A stretch of 64,000 nucleotides of DNA from Ohtaekwangia sp. (GCF_036568665.1 NZ_DATCSD010000313.1:1569-65568); one strand, 5' to 3'; positions 18,208 through 28,584 are shown, counted from the stretch's first letter. Notes: generated by a model not told the origin, from the sequence alone. Numbers and translations are program-made.

Positions 18208-20538
18208 CTACGGCTTTGTTCCTACTTCATTCAAATCTACTATACGAACCTCCACGCGTCTGCCTTCTTCTTTGGTGGTGGCTACATCTTTGGTAGCTCC
18301 GTATCCCTTGGCAACAATGCGTCTGCGCACTACGCCTTTGTGGTTGAAGTAATCGAGAATAGCAATGGCGCGTTTGTTAGACAGTTCGCGGTTCAACGCT
18401 TCCGTACCTTCTGCTGACGCGAAACCGGAAATCTCTACACCGAGGTCTGGCGATTTCTTGAGCTCGGCTAATATAGCATCGAGCTGCGCGTTATACTGTG
18501 CTTTCAGATCGCTCTTGCCTGCATCAAAGTATATCTTGGCAGCTTTTGTAAGCGCAGTTTTATCGTAGTTGGATTTCTTACCCGCTTGCTCTTTCTGTTT
18601 CTTCGCTTCTTCGGTAAATACGAAAGTCGGCAGCGAGAAAATGGTTTTGCCGTCTACCTGCTTCTGCTCAAATTTACTTTCGTCACTTTCATCGTAGTAG
18701 TATGTGCGTGTAGCCACCTCGATGCGTGAGTTCTCTTTTTCGTTGAAGTTCACATCTTCGATCGGGTCTTTCATCTGGATCAGGTCGGTGAGGTAATTGA
18801 TACCATCCTTATCGCCAGAAGCCATCAGGTCGAGCATCAGGTCATATACATCTACATTGCCCGTTTGCACCAGTTTCGCTTCATGTGTTTTACGCAAGTT
18901 GCTTTTCACATCCTGGTCGGTATCATAGAATGCATTCTTCACCTGCACCTCTTGTCCTACCACCACATCAAACTGCTTAATGGTTTTCAGGTTGATCATC
19001 TGGTATAGCTCATAGAAGTAGCTCTGGTTCGGTATATTTACGTTGATAGTATAAGGAAGAAATCCTTCTGACTCAATCACTATATCATAATCTGTAGCCG
19101 GAGGCAGGATCACGAGATAGTTACCGGTTTCCGGATCCGGATCATATACAAAGTCCAGTTTCTTGTCGGTCTTGTTATCGATCACATATAGTTTGGTGGG
19201 CATCGGCTTGCCGGTTTCAGCATTGAGAATCTTTCCCTTGATCATCGTCAGCGGAATGTTTGCAGACTCTGCCGGCAAATCGAGGTAGTATATATCTTGT
19301 CCGCCCTGGCCTCCTTTACGATCAGATGAAAAGTAAGCACGTGTTCCATCGGCAATCAGCGTAAAGTAATTATCATTCGCAGTCGTATTCACCGGGTATC
19401 CCATGTTCTCGGGAGAGCTCCAGTTCTTATCTACCATTTTGGAAACAAAGATGTCGCGTCCGCCCATCGAGTTGTGACCGTCAGAAGTAAAGAACAACGT
19501 CTTCTGATCCGGATGAATGAACGGTGCATCTTCATTGGCTTTCGTATTAACCGGTGCACCCAGGTTTACCGGGTTGCTCCAGGTTCCGTTAGATTGCAGC
19601 GTTGTCTTATATATATCCAGTCCGCCCTGTCCGCCCAGGCGGTCGCTGGCAAAATATATAGTCTTGCCATCGGGAGTGATACTCGCAGTTGATTCCAGGT
19701 ACTTCGGTGTATTGAGGTTGGGTGTAAGCAATGCCGGTTTACCCCATGCATCACCGGTCTTGGTTATTTGATATAGTCCTCCGGGATCCGTTGAACCTCC
19801 CATAAAGATGATCATCTTCTGTCCATCGGCAGAAATACCAGCCGTCCCTACATTGTAATCGTGCGCTATCGGTATAAGTTTAGGTTCCGTCCATGAGCCG
19901 TGATCATTATACGATATATAGATCTCTTCAATAAATTTGTCGCCCGTGCGGGTCTTGCCTGTGTTGGGGCGAAGAGCCGTATAGGCCATCACACTTTCAT
20001 CAGCCGAAACAACCGGGTTGTATTCGGTATATTTTGTATTTACCAATGGTGAGTTGAAGTAACTTACTTTGAAGTTGCGCGGCACCGACATCAACGCCAC
20101 TGCGTTGTGGCAGGTTTGTATAGCTTCATCAGCCTGTACCATCGCTTTTTTATCGGCCTTGTTGCTGTTCTCGCGAAACTTGGTAAAGCATTCAATAGCC
20201 TTCTGCAGGTTCTCATCCTTCAGATAGATACTGCCGAGGTCGTAGTATAATGATATAGGCCAGCCTTTACCATTCTTGATAGCATATTCAAAATAGGGTA
20301 TAGCTTTAATTTGTTCACTGAGTTCGGGTGACTTTTCGTAGCAAACACCTGTCTTGTAATGCACGTTTGGATCTTTTTCGCCCGCATTTATGGCATCCAG
20401 ATATTTTGGTAAAGCTGCATCGTAACTTTTAACACTGAAATACCGTTCAGCTTCAGCCAATGCTTTGGCGTCCTGGGCAAACGAAGCCGTTGCAAAAAGT
20501 AAGCAGAGCAACAACAAGTAAATGGTCTTCTTCATCAT
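18208..20538 (-). CDS. OmpA-family protein with TPR, PD40 propeller, carboxypeptidase-regulatory-like and OmpA-C domains (PorE-like architecture)
   Basis: Signal peptide; TPR helices; PD40 repeats (EYNPVVSADES, ESTASITPDGKTIYFASDR, EDAPFIHPDQKTLFFTSDGH); IYFD...EISGFAS...ELSNKRA...GYG...RRVEVRI. Confidence 0.88.
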   Translation of the reverse strand: MMKKTIYLLLLCLLFATASFAQDAKALAEAERYFSVKSYDAALPKYLDAINAGEKDPNVHYKTGVCYEKSPELSEQIKAIPYFEYAIKNGKGWPISLYYDLGSIYLKDENLQKAIECFTKFRENSNKADKKAMVQADEAIQTCHNAVALMSVPRNFKVSYFNSPLVNTKYTEYNPVVSADESVMAYTALRPNTGKTRTGDKFIEEIYISYNDHGSWTEPKLIPIAHDYNVGTAGISADGQKMIIFMGGSTDPGGLYQITKTGDAWGKPALLTPNLNTPKYLESTASITPDGKTIYFASDRLGGQGGLDIYKTTLQSNGTWSNPVNLGAPVNTKANEDAPFIHPDQKTLFFTSDGHNSMGGRDIFVSKMVDKNWSSPENMGYPVNTTANDNYFTLIADGTRAYFSSDRKGGQGGQDIYYLDLPAESANIPLTMIKGKILNAETGKPMPTKLYVIDNKTDKKLDFVYDPDPETGNYLVILPPATDYDIVIESEGFLPYTINVNIPNQSYFYELYQMINLKTIKQFDVVVGQEVQVKNAFYDTDQDVKSNLRKTHEAKLVQTGNVDVYDLMLDLMASGDKDGINYLTDLIQMKDPIEDVNFNEKENSRIEVATRTYYYDESDESKFEQKQVDGKTIFSLPTFVFTEEAKKQKEQAGKKSNYDKTALTKAAKIYFDAGKSDLKAQYNAQLDAILAELKKSPDLGVEISGFASAEGTEALNRELSNKRAIAILDYFNHKGVVRRRIVAKGYGATKDVATTKEEGRRVEVRIVDLNEVGTKP

Positions 20539-20779
20539 ATGTTAACTGTATTTTAAGCTCTCAATACTACAAAGATTATGCGCGACTATATATAGTTTTT
20601 AGCCCGTTACCTTACACCGGGCCCCTAAAAAAATACAACTTTATGAACCGGTATAAAGCAATATGCCTTCCGTTGTGTCAATAATATAGCGACAATCACC
20701 TCAATAATAGCCAAAAATAAAGCAGTTTATAGGAATTTACTTGGATTATCACCAATTTTAGGTCTAACGGGGGAATTGC

Positions 20780-23700
20780 ATGAGGGCACAAATACTTCAA
20801 TTTCTGGATGTCAAGAGCGGTGAAGGCACCCGCGTGGGGCTGCTGCTCATCATGAGCTTTTTCATGGGCGTTTTTCTGGCCACGATTAGTGTAGCCTCAC
20901 AAACACTTTTTCTCCAACACTTCGATGAAAAAACCGATCTGCCAATAGCCCTCCTCGTTTCCGGTGCCTTTGGTCTGGTAGCGACCATCCTCTATAACTT
21001 TTTACAGAACAGAATCCCGTTTCAACTGCTGGCGATCATCAGCCTCTCCGTTGTAACAGCTCTCACAGCCTTTATCGAGTTCGGTGAAATCTTTTTCAAC
21101 GATTCCAAAACCATCTTCTTCCTCGGCTTTACGCAGATCATTCCGTTCTCATTTATACTATACCTGGTGTTCTGGGGTGCATTTACCCGGATGTTCAACC
21201 TGCGCCAGTCCAAACGCCTGGTGGGTACGGTGGATATAGGCGGACTTATCGCTTCGTTCATCGCCTTCTTCTCGATTCCTCAATTGCTTAACCCTCAAAT
21301 ATTCTTCAAGGGAAAAGAAGGTATATCCGTAGAATCGTTATACACTTTTTCGCTGCTAAGTGTTGCTTTGTTCCTGCTCACGTTCATGTACCTCTCCGTA
21401 AAATACCTGAGCAAGGGAAAGACCTTCGCAGAAGAGAAAGCCATCTATCAGAAACTCCGTTTCAACGACTTCCGGCAGAACCGCTATATATTTTATATGT
21501 CGCTGTTTGTAGTGGCCTCCATGATCGCGCTGAACTTCGTTGACTACTCTTTCCTGAACGTAACAACACTATATTTCACCGACCAGGACGCGCTGGGAAG
21601 CTTTATCAGTTACTTTGAAGGTACCATTGTGATCTTCAGCTTCCTGTTCCAGACTGTAGCTACTGATCGTATTATACAGGAATATGGCATGCGCGTATCG
21701 CTGCTGATCAGTCCGCTGCTCATTGGTTTCTTTACCATCTGCGCGATCGCGCTGGGTATAGTGTTCGGATACTCTCCTGCCGATAATCTGTTTGTGATCT
21801 TCTTTTTGATTATCGCTATCAGTAAATTGTTTATACGCTCGCTCAAAGATTCGCTCGATAACCCGACCTTCAAACTATATCTGCTTCCGATCGAAAGCCA
21901 CATACGCATTGACGTGCAGACCAAGATCGAAGGAATTGTTACTGCCTTTGCCAGTTTGCTGGCCGGTGCGCTTATCATTCTTATTAACCGCGTAGAGATA
22001 TTCGATCTCCTCTATATTTCCATCTTTACTTTCCCCCTGTTAATCATGTGGTATATCGTATCCAACCGCATGCATACCAATTACCGCTATACCTTGCAAG
22101 ATACCTTGTCGCGCAACAAGTCGCGTATAGCCGGTAAAGCAGAGAAGAGTTATACCGTAAGCACCGTGCTTGAACAAGAGATCAACAGCACCGCAGAGGA
22201 TAAAGTATTGTATGGATTAACGCTGATGGAGAAACTGGAGCCTGCTGTTTTTGAAAGCACCGTAATGCGGCTGGCCAACAGCGAATCCAACGTGATCCGT
22301 AAATATGCACTTGAAAAAATAGAAGCACTTGGTCTACAGTCCGACAGTGGCAAGAACGAAATACGTTCCCTCGCAGAGCGTGCGTATGGCGAACTGGAAG
22401 ACAGCGACCTGCTCTCTATATCTCCTGAAAAATTACTCAAGCTCAGCAAATCCGTTAAGCAATCAGACCGTATACTTTCGGCCAAGTTGCTGCGGAAACT
22501 CATCAGTCAGAAAACTATATTTATCCTGCTGGAGTTACTGCGCGATGCCGATCCAAAAGTTCGCTACGAAGCGCTATATACCGCACGCAAAGTAAAACGC
22601 CAGGAAACATGGCCGGTGCTGATCGAGTTACTCGGCTCTCCATCCTATAGCCACCACGCTGCAGCTGCCTTGAAAGAAGTAGGCGAATCGGTATTGCCAA
22701 CACTCGAAGCTGCCTTCCATAAATCAGGGCAAAGCGACCTGGTAATGCTGCGCATTATACAGATCATGGGTCGTATAGGAGGTCGCTACGCATTACAACT
22801 GCAATGGAAAAAAGCAGACTACCCGGATAAGCGCATTGTTAAACAGATACTATATTCTCTTCGCTATCAAAATTACCAGGCACGCGGTAAAGAGATACGC
22901 GATGTAATAAACCTGCTGGAAGGGGAGATCAGCAAAGCACTCTGGAACCTGGCCGCGTTGGATGAATTACCTCAAACCGATGAGTTCTTCTTTTTAAGAC
23001 AAGCCTTACAAGAGGAAGTATTAGACAATTACGACCAGATATATATGTTGTTGTCTATACTGTATGATCCACAGTCAGTACAACTGGTGCGCGAGAATAT
23101 AGAGACACGCGAGCCCGATAACATTGCTTTCGCGATGGAGTTGCTCGACCTGTTTATTGACCAGGAATTAAAACCCAAGCTGCTTCCGTTGCTGGACGAC
23201 TCTCCTACTTCGGTTAAGCTGAAACATTTACAACTTCACTTCCCGCGCGAAAGCTATAATCCGATACAGGTTATCAACTATATATTGAATCGCGACTTTA
23301 ACCTGAACAACCGCTGGACAAAAGCCTGCGCGATACATGCTTCTGCCTTTATAGCAGACTTCCGTATAAGCCGCGGGCTTGTAGCGCAGATGTTCAATCG
23401 CGATAAACTCCTGCAGGAAACTGCCGCGTGGGTGATCTATCATAAAGACCGGAAAGTATACGATACGATACTGCAGCGTTTACCGGAGCGCGATAAAAAA
23501 TTCATTGACTCATCGATCGAGAACAACCAGTTGCTGGATGGTTTGAACGATGGTTTCTTCCTGTGGATTGAGCTTGTAATGTTCATCAAACAGTTGCCGC
23601 TCTTCCAGGATATACATGGCACATTGTTAAGTGATCTGGCTGATAAAATTACACCACTCGATATGGATCGCAATGAGCGTATCAAGTTGGCGAATGATGC

Positions 23701-23977
23701 GCACAATTCTCCTCTGTTGATTGTAGCATCCGGTGAAGTAAAACTGAAAAACAACGGTGATGAAGTAGTAACCCTGAAGAAAGGCGCGATCTATGGAGAG
23801 CTTTTCAGTGATGGTTATGTAGCACCGGTAAATGAAGTGGAAGCTACGCAGCGGGCAGCCGTGTTCAAGATTAACCTCATGGACTTCTATTTCGTTATGG
23901 CGAATCATCATGAGCTTGTACAGGGACTTATCAAGAATATAACAGAAGAACATAAACCTCAATTATTGCAACCTTAA
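20780..23977 (+). CDS. Npt/TLC-like MFS membrane domain fused to HEAT repeats and a cNMP-binding-like domain
   Basis: About 12 hydrophobic segments (FNLRQSKRL, LYLLPI...R...QTKIEG), HEAT-like repeats (LLRDADPKVRYEAL), and a C-terminal cupin-like segment (IVASGEV...LKKGAIYGEL). Confidence 0.75.
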   Translation: MRAQILQFLDVKSGEGTRVGLLLIMSFFMGVFLATISVASQTLFLQHFDEKTDLPIALLVSGAFGLVATILYNFLQNRIPFQLLAIISLSVVTALTAFIEFGEIFFNDSKTIFFLGFTQIIPFSFILYLVFWGAFTRMFNLRQSKRLVGTVDIGGLIASFIAFFSIPQLLNPQIFFKGKEGISVESLYTFSLLSVALFLLTFMYLSVKYLSKGKTFAEEKAIYQKLRFNDFRQNRYIFYMSLFVVASMIALNFVDYSFLNVTTLYFTDQDALGSFISYFEGTIVIFSFLFQTVATDRIIQEYGMRVSLLISPLLIGFFTICAIALGIVFGYSPADNLFVIFFLIIAISKLFIRSLKDSLDNPTFKLYLLPIESHIRIDVQTKIEGIVTAFASLLAGALIILINRVEIFDLLYISIFTFPLLIMWYIVSNRMHTNYRYTLQDTLSRNKSRIAGKAEKSYTVSTVLEQEINSTAEDKVLYGLTLMEKLEPAVFESTVMRLANSESNVIRKYALEKIEALGLQSDSGKNEIRSLAERAYGELEDSDLLSISPEKLLKLSKSVKQSDRILSAKLLRKLISQKTIFILLELLRDADPKVRYEALYTARKVKRQETWPVLIELLGSPSYSHHAAAALKEVGESVLPTLEAAFHKSGQSDLVMLRIIQIMGRIGGRYALQLQWKKADYPDKRIVKQILYSLRYQNYQARGKEIRDVINLLEGEISKALWNLAALDELPQTDEFFFLRQALQEEVLDNYDQIYMLLSILYDPQSVQLVRENIETREPDNIAFAMELLDLFIDQELKPKLLPLLDDSPTSVKLKHLQLHFPRESYNPIQVINYILNRDFNLNNRWTKACAIHASAFIADFRISRGLVAQMFNRDKLLQETAAWVIYHKDRKVYDTILQRLPERDKKFIDSSIENNQLLDGLNDGFFLWIELVMFIKQLPLFQDIHGTLLSDLADKITPLDMDRNERIKLANDAHNSPLLIVASGEVKLKNNGDEVVTLKKGAIYGELFSDGYVAPVNEVEATQRAAVFKINLMDFYFVMANHHELVQGLIKNITEEHKPQLLQP

Positions 23978-23986
23978 ACTTTACCC

Positions 23987-25432
23987 ATGGCCTTTGACAT
24001 AGATGTACTCATCGTTTTCGCTGACCGTGATAACGAGACTACCGGGAAGAACGAACCGGGCTGGGTTTCACATTTCAAAAAATTCCTGGAGCTTATGCTT
24101 ACCCAGGTGTTGGGCGCGAAACCAAATATACTCCTGAAAGGAGAACACGATTCAATCACAGCTCCACGTCTCGATAACGTGGGCGTGTTAGTACCCGTAC
24201 TCTCCAAAGATTTTATAGAGTCGGGCCACTGCCTCGATCATGTAGAAACTTTTTTCAAATCTATTGAGTCGACTACCAAAAACAGGAACCGCGTTTTTAA
24301 AGTATTCAGAACTCCGCTCTCCGTTCATGAGCAACCTCCACGCGTGCGCGATCTACTGGGCTATGAAATGTACCAGCTCGATCCGGACTCTGGCGAGATA
24401 CGCGAATATACCGACTACTTCAGCACAGAAGCAGAACGCCAGTACTGGATGAAAATGGTTGACCTCGCGTACGATATATATGAGATACTGCTCTTTTTGA
24501 AAGACAACACTTCGCCTGCCGAAGTAAAGACTATATACAAGCGTAAAACTATATACCTCGCAGAAACAGGCCACGATCTTTCCGTTCAGCGTAACATTAT
24601 AAAGCGCGAGTTACAACGGCATGGCTATAACATTTTGCCCAACCAGACATTGCCGGGAAATATAGCAGACCTTGAAAAACTGGTACGCAAGAGTCTGGAA
24701 GAATCAAGTCTGTCAATACACCTGATCGGCAGTGCCTATGGCGAAATACCGGAAGGCTCTGATAAATCGGTAGTAGATATACAGAACCGTATAGCAGCCG
24801 AGAAGAGTATACAGGCGAAAGAAAACAACCAGGAGTTTACACGACTCATCTGGATTTCGCCTAACCTGACGCATGCCAGTGAACGTCAAAAAGCATTTAT
24901 AGAGAATATCAAGCGCGATGTAGAAGCACAGGAAGGTGCAGAGATTCTGCAAACTCCGCTGGAAGACTTCAAAAATATTATGCGCGAAGAGTTAGAAGAG
25001 GCAGGAGAAAAACGTGTATCGCCAGAAACACGCGGCCGTTCTATATACTTTATGCACGACAAGATCGATCACAACGAAGCGCTACCTTTTATAGAAGTAC
25101 TGCAACGCTCAGGCTTTGAAGTGCTGATGCCGGAGTTTGAAGGCGAGTTATTGGAGCTTCGCCAAAAACATATAGACAATCTGCGCAACCTCGATGGCGC
25201 TATTATCTATAAAGGAAAAGTAAATGAACAATGGGTGCGCATGAAAGCGCTTGATCTGCTGAAGGCTCCAGGCTTCGGACGCAAGAAGCCGATCGTAGCC
25301 AAAGCCATTGTTACCGGTTCAGCATCATCCGCTAATGTGGAAAGTTACCGGAGTCAAAACCTGCGGGTTATTGATGGCACGCGTAACGCAACTGAATCTC
25401 TCCAGAATTTTTTACAGGAATTTAAAGCCTAA
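23987..25432 (+). CDS. Protein with three tandem TIR/DUF4062-like domains; first TIR lacks the catalytic Glu
   Basis: DIDVLIVFADRDN..GWV, VLVPVLSKDFIESGHCLDHV; second unit KTIYLAET..ELQRHGY..SIHLIG..YG; third unit RSIYFMHD..GFEV..LDGAIIYKG. Confidence 0.7.
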   Translation: MAFDIDVLIVFADRDNETTGKNEPGWVSHFKKFLELMLTQVLGAKPNILLKGEHDSITAPRLDNVGVLVPVLSKDFIESGHCLDHVETFFKSIESTTKNRNRVFKVFRTPLSVHEQPPRVRDLLGYEMYQLDPDSGEIREYTDYFSTEAERQYWMKMVDLAYDIYEILLFLKDNTSPAEVKTIYKRKTIYLAETGHDLSVQRNIIKRELQRHGYNILPNQTLPGNIADLEKLVRKSLEESSLSIHLIGSAYGEIPEGSDKSVVDIQNRIAAEKSIQAKENNQEFTRLIWISPNLTHASERQKAFIENIKRDVEAQEGAEILQTPLEDFKNIMREELEEAGEKRVSPETRGRSIYFMHDKIDHNEALPFIEVLQRSGFEVLMPEFEGELLELRQKHIDNLRNLDGAIIYKGKVNEQWVRMKALDLLKAPGFGRKKPIVAKAIVTGSASSANVESYRSQNLRVIDGTRNATESLQNFLQEFKA

Positions 25433-25434
25433 CC

Positions 25435-28400
25435 ATGCGTGAGGTAAATGTAGATACACTGGCCGCAAACCCGTTCCCCGGATTACGGCCATTCAAGATC
25501 GAAGAGAGCCACTTATTCTTTGGCCGCGAAGGTCAGAGTGATGAGGTGCTGCTAAAGCTTTCGAAGAACCGTTTTGTTGGTGTAATTGGTCCTTCCGGTA
25601 GCGGTAAATCTTCTTTCATTTATTGTGGTGTGATGCCGATCCTCTACGGAGGATTTTTAACCGATGCCAGTCCTAACTGGGAAGTAGTGGTTACTCGCCC
25701 CGGTGCAGGCCCTATCGATAACCTGGCGGAAGCGTTGTTAAAAAATAACCCGGAATACCAAGAAGCTGATACCGAAGAGAAAAAAATCAAGCGTACTATA
25801 TTTTCTACGTTGCTGCGAAGCAGTTCGTTGGGATTGGTAGAAGCAATTGAACAAACACGCAAGGATGCTGATGTAAATTACCTGGTGCTGGTCGATCAGT
25901 TCGAAGAACTTTTCCGATTCAAGGAAGGACTTGATGCCAACTCGATAAACGAGACACTCGCATTCGTGAATTTGTTAATGGAAGCCGTTAACTATCCGGA
26001 TGCCCCTATATATGTAGCCATCACCATGCGCTCTGACTTTATTGGTGATTGCGCTCAATTCCCTGAACTTACCCGTAAGATAAACGATAGCCACTATTTG
26101 ATTCCGCAGTTAACGCGCGATCAAAAACGTAAAGCTATAGAAGGCCCAGTTGCTGTGGGGGGTGCTATCATTGCTCCGCGCCTGGTGCAACAGTTGTTAA
26201 ATGATTTGGGAGATAATCCGGATCAGCTTCCTATTCTTCAGCACGCGCTGATGCGTACATGGAGTTACTGGTCATCGTATCGCGATTACGAAGAAGAGCC
26301 GGTTGACCTGAAGCACTACGAAGCGATTGGTACGATGTCAGAAGCATTGTCGCAGCACGCGAACGAAGCGTATGACGAACTGGATGAAGACCAGAAGCGC
26401 ATTTGTGAAATGCTTTTCAAGGCGATCACTGAAAAACGCGGTGAGAACTTTGGTATACGAAGACCTACACGTTTAAGCGAGATCGCTTCGATCGCCGATG
26501 CCTCGGAGCAGGACGTTGTTGCTGTGATCGATCTCTTCCGCGAACCCGGTCGTTCCTTACTTACGCCTGCGTTCGGCTCTGCTATATCTTCCAAAGCGAT
26601 GGTCGATATATCGCACGAAAGTCTTATGCGTATATGGGTACGGTTGAAGAACTGGGTGGACGATGAAGCGGATGCTGTGCAGATGTATACCCGTTTGGCA
26701 GAAGCAGCCGCGATGCACCAGGTGGGCAAAGCCGGTCTGTGGCGTCCACCGGATTTACAGCTCGCCCTTAACTGGCAGGCAAAGCACAAGCCTACACTCG
26801 TGTGGGGCCAGCGCTATAACCCTGCGTTCGAGCGTACCATGATCTTCCTTGAGTATTCGAAGAAGGAATGGGAGACTGAGCAACGTATAAAAGAATTAGA
26901 ACAGAAGCGTAAACTGAAACGCGCCCGTATAGTAGCCCTCGTGCTGGGTACGGCCGTTGTAATTTGCCTGCTGTTCCTCATGTATGCCTTCATTCAAAAA
27001 TCAGAAGCCGATAAACAACGTCTGCAAGCAGAACGAAATGCAAAAGAGGCGGAGGATGCAAGAAAGGTAGCGGAAGCAAAAAAACTGGAAGCTGAAAAAG
27101 CTACAGCCGCTGCGTTGGCCGCCAAAGAAGCAGAAGCAAAACAACGTGAGCTTGCACAAGCTGCCGAACAAGCCGCTATACAAAATGCCGAACTTGCCAA
27201 ACGTAACGCTGCCGAAGCGCGAAGAAATGCAGAGGAAGCAAGAGTAAACGCACGACTGGCACAAACCAACGAGAAGATTGCGAAAGAACAAGAGTTGATC
27301 GCGATCAAGAACGCAGCCGAAGCGTTGCGCCAGCGATATATAGCACAGGCGAAAGCAATGGCCGTGAAGTCGAAAGAGTTGAACGATCCGGAGCAGCAGG
27401 CACTCATTGCCCAGCAGGCATTCAAATTCAACTCCGAGCACGAAGGCTATGTATATGATAACGATATATACAACGGACTATATTTCGCGCTCAAGAAACA
27501 GGAACATCCGCTTACCAAAAGTCTGGAAGCGCACGAGCGTGGTGCAGCACGCGCACTCGTTACGCGCGTATCCAGCAACCATATATACTCTGCCGGAAGT
27601 GATGGCCGCATTATTCGCTGGAGCGAACAAGGCAATCAATGGAAATCAGAGATCCTGGTAAACCAGACAAACTATCAATACTACTCACTCGATGTGAGTC
27701 CGGATGGTAACTGGCTTGCAGCAGCAGGTTTAAATACGCAGAACGAAAAGCGTAACTATATCGAGTTGTATAACCTCAACAACATGTCGGCATCACCGAA
27801 GAAAATTGAAGGATATACTTACGCGATCGAGAACCTGAACTTTACACCCGACAGCAAAGGATTTTTTGCGCGTGATAATTCCGGAAGGAGCATTCGCTAT
27901 TCTGATCTCACCAAGAGTCAGGAAGTGATCAGCTCACCGATAAAGATCAACGCGATACATCTCAGTGCTGATGGCAGCAAACTGGCCGGTGCAGGCGAGA
28001 ATGGAAGTCTCTTTATATGGGATGTAAAAAACAACTTTGCTGTAACCGAAATAAAAGATCTCGGCTCTCACCTCACCTCGGTAACCTTCGCGCCTGAAGG
28101 CAGAAGAATTGTAGTGGGCGATAACTCCGGCCTGGTAAAGATCTTCGACATGCAAAGTGGTTTGGTGGTACGTATACTTTCCGGACATACTTCTTCTATC
28201 GAACAGATACGTTTCAATCATGCCGGTACATTTATGGCTACTGCCAGCAAAGACAAAACCGTACGCTTGTGGAATGTGAATCGTTTGAAGGAACAGCCGA
28301 TCGTACTAAGCGATCACAGCGACTGGGTATGGAGTGTTGCTTTTACTCCGGATGATGAACAGTTGCTGGCCAGTGTACACAGCTCGGTAGAAACCGTGAA

Positions 28401-28569
28401 AGGTGTAGAACATACCATTCACGCATGGCCTACCAAAATACCGGTAATGTCAACCGTACTCTGCGATAAAGTAAAACGGAATATCAATAAGGACGAGTGG
28501 GAAATTTTTGTGGGAGACGACTTGCCATACGAATCGACCTGTGCATCGTTACCTGCTAACAATCATTGA
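25435..28569 (+). CDS. nSTAND1-type STAND NTPase with TM helix, Ala-rich coiled coil and WD40 propeller
   Basis: NPFPGLRPF..FFGRE, Walker A GPSGSGKS, Walker B LVDQFEELF, TMRSDF, LPILQHAL, HESL..W.RL..W; TM at 26929-26994; WD40 repeats (LSGHTSSIEQIRFN..MATASKDKTVRLWNV). Confidence 0.9.
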   Translation: MREVNVDTLAANPFPGLRPFKIEESHLFFGREGQSDEVLLKLSKNRFVGVIGPSGSGKSSFIYCGVMPILYGGFLTDASPNWEVVVTRPGAGPIDNLAEALLKNNPEYQEADTEEKKIKRTIFSTLLRSSSLGLVEAIEQTRKDADVNYLVLVDQFEELFRFKEGLDANSINETLAFVNLLMEAVNYPDAPIYVAITMRSDFIGDCAQFPELTRKINDSHYLIPQLTRDQKRKAIEGPVAVGGAIIAPRLVQQLLNDLGDNPDQLPILQHALMRTWSYWSSYRDYEEEPVDLKHYEAIGTMSEALSQHANEAYDELDEDQKRICEMLFKAITEKRGENFGIRRPTRLSEIASIADASEQDVVAVIDLFREPGRSLLTPAFGSAISSKAMVDISHESLMRIWVRLKNWVDDEADAVQMYTRLAEAAAMHQVGKAGLWRPPDLQLALNWQAKHKPTLVWGQRYNPAFERTMIFLEYSKKEWETEQRIKELEQKRKLKRARIVALVLGTAVVICLLFLMYAFIQKSEADKQRLQAERNAKEAEDARKVAEAKKLEAEKATAAALAAKEAEAKQRELAQAAEQAAIQNAELAKRNAAEARRNAEEARVNARLAQTNEKIAKEQELIAIKNAAEALRQRYIAQAKAMAVKSKELNDPEQQALIAQQAFKFNSEHEGYVYDNDIYNGLYFALKKQEHPLTKSLEAHERGAARALVTRVSSNHIYSAGSDGRIIRWSEQGNQWKSEILVNQTNYQYYSLDVSPDGNWLAAAGLNTQNEKRNYIELYNLNNMSASPKKIEGYTYAIENLNFTPDSKGFFARDNSGRSIRYSDLTKSQEVISSPIKINAIHLSADGSKLAGAGENGSLFIWDVKNNFAVTEIKDLGSHLTSVTFAPEGRRIVVGDNSGLVKIFDMQSGLVVRILSGHTSSIEQIRFNHAGTFMATASKDKTVRLWNVNRLKEQPIVLSDHSDWVWSVAFTPDDEQLLASVHSSVETVKGVEHTIHAWPTKIPVMSTVLCDKVKRNINKDEWEIFVGDDLPYESTCASLPANNH

Positions 28570-28584
28570 CGCTGATTTATACAC

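Noticed and set aside
26994-27441. Two overlapping 145-146 aa minus-strand ORFs
   Set aside because: They arise from the stop-poor reverse complement of the Ala/Glu/Lys coiled-coil codons.
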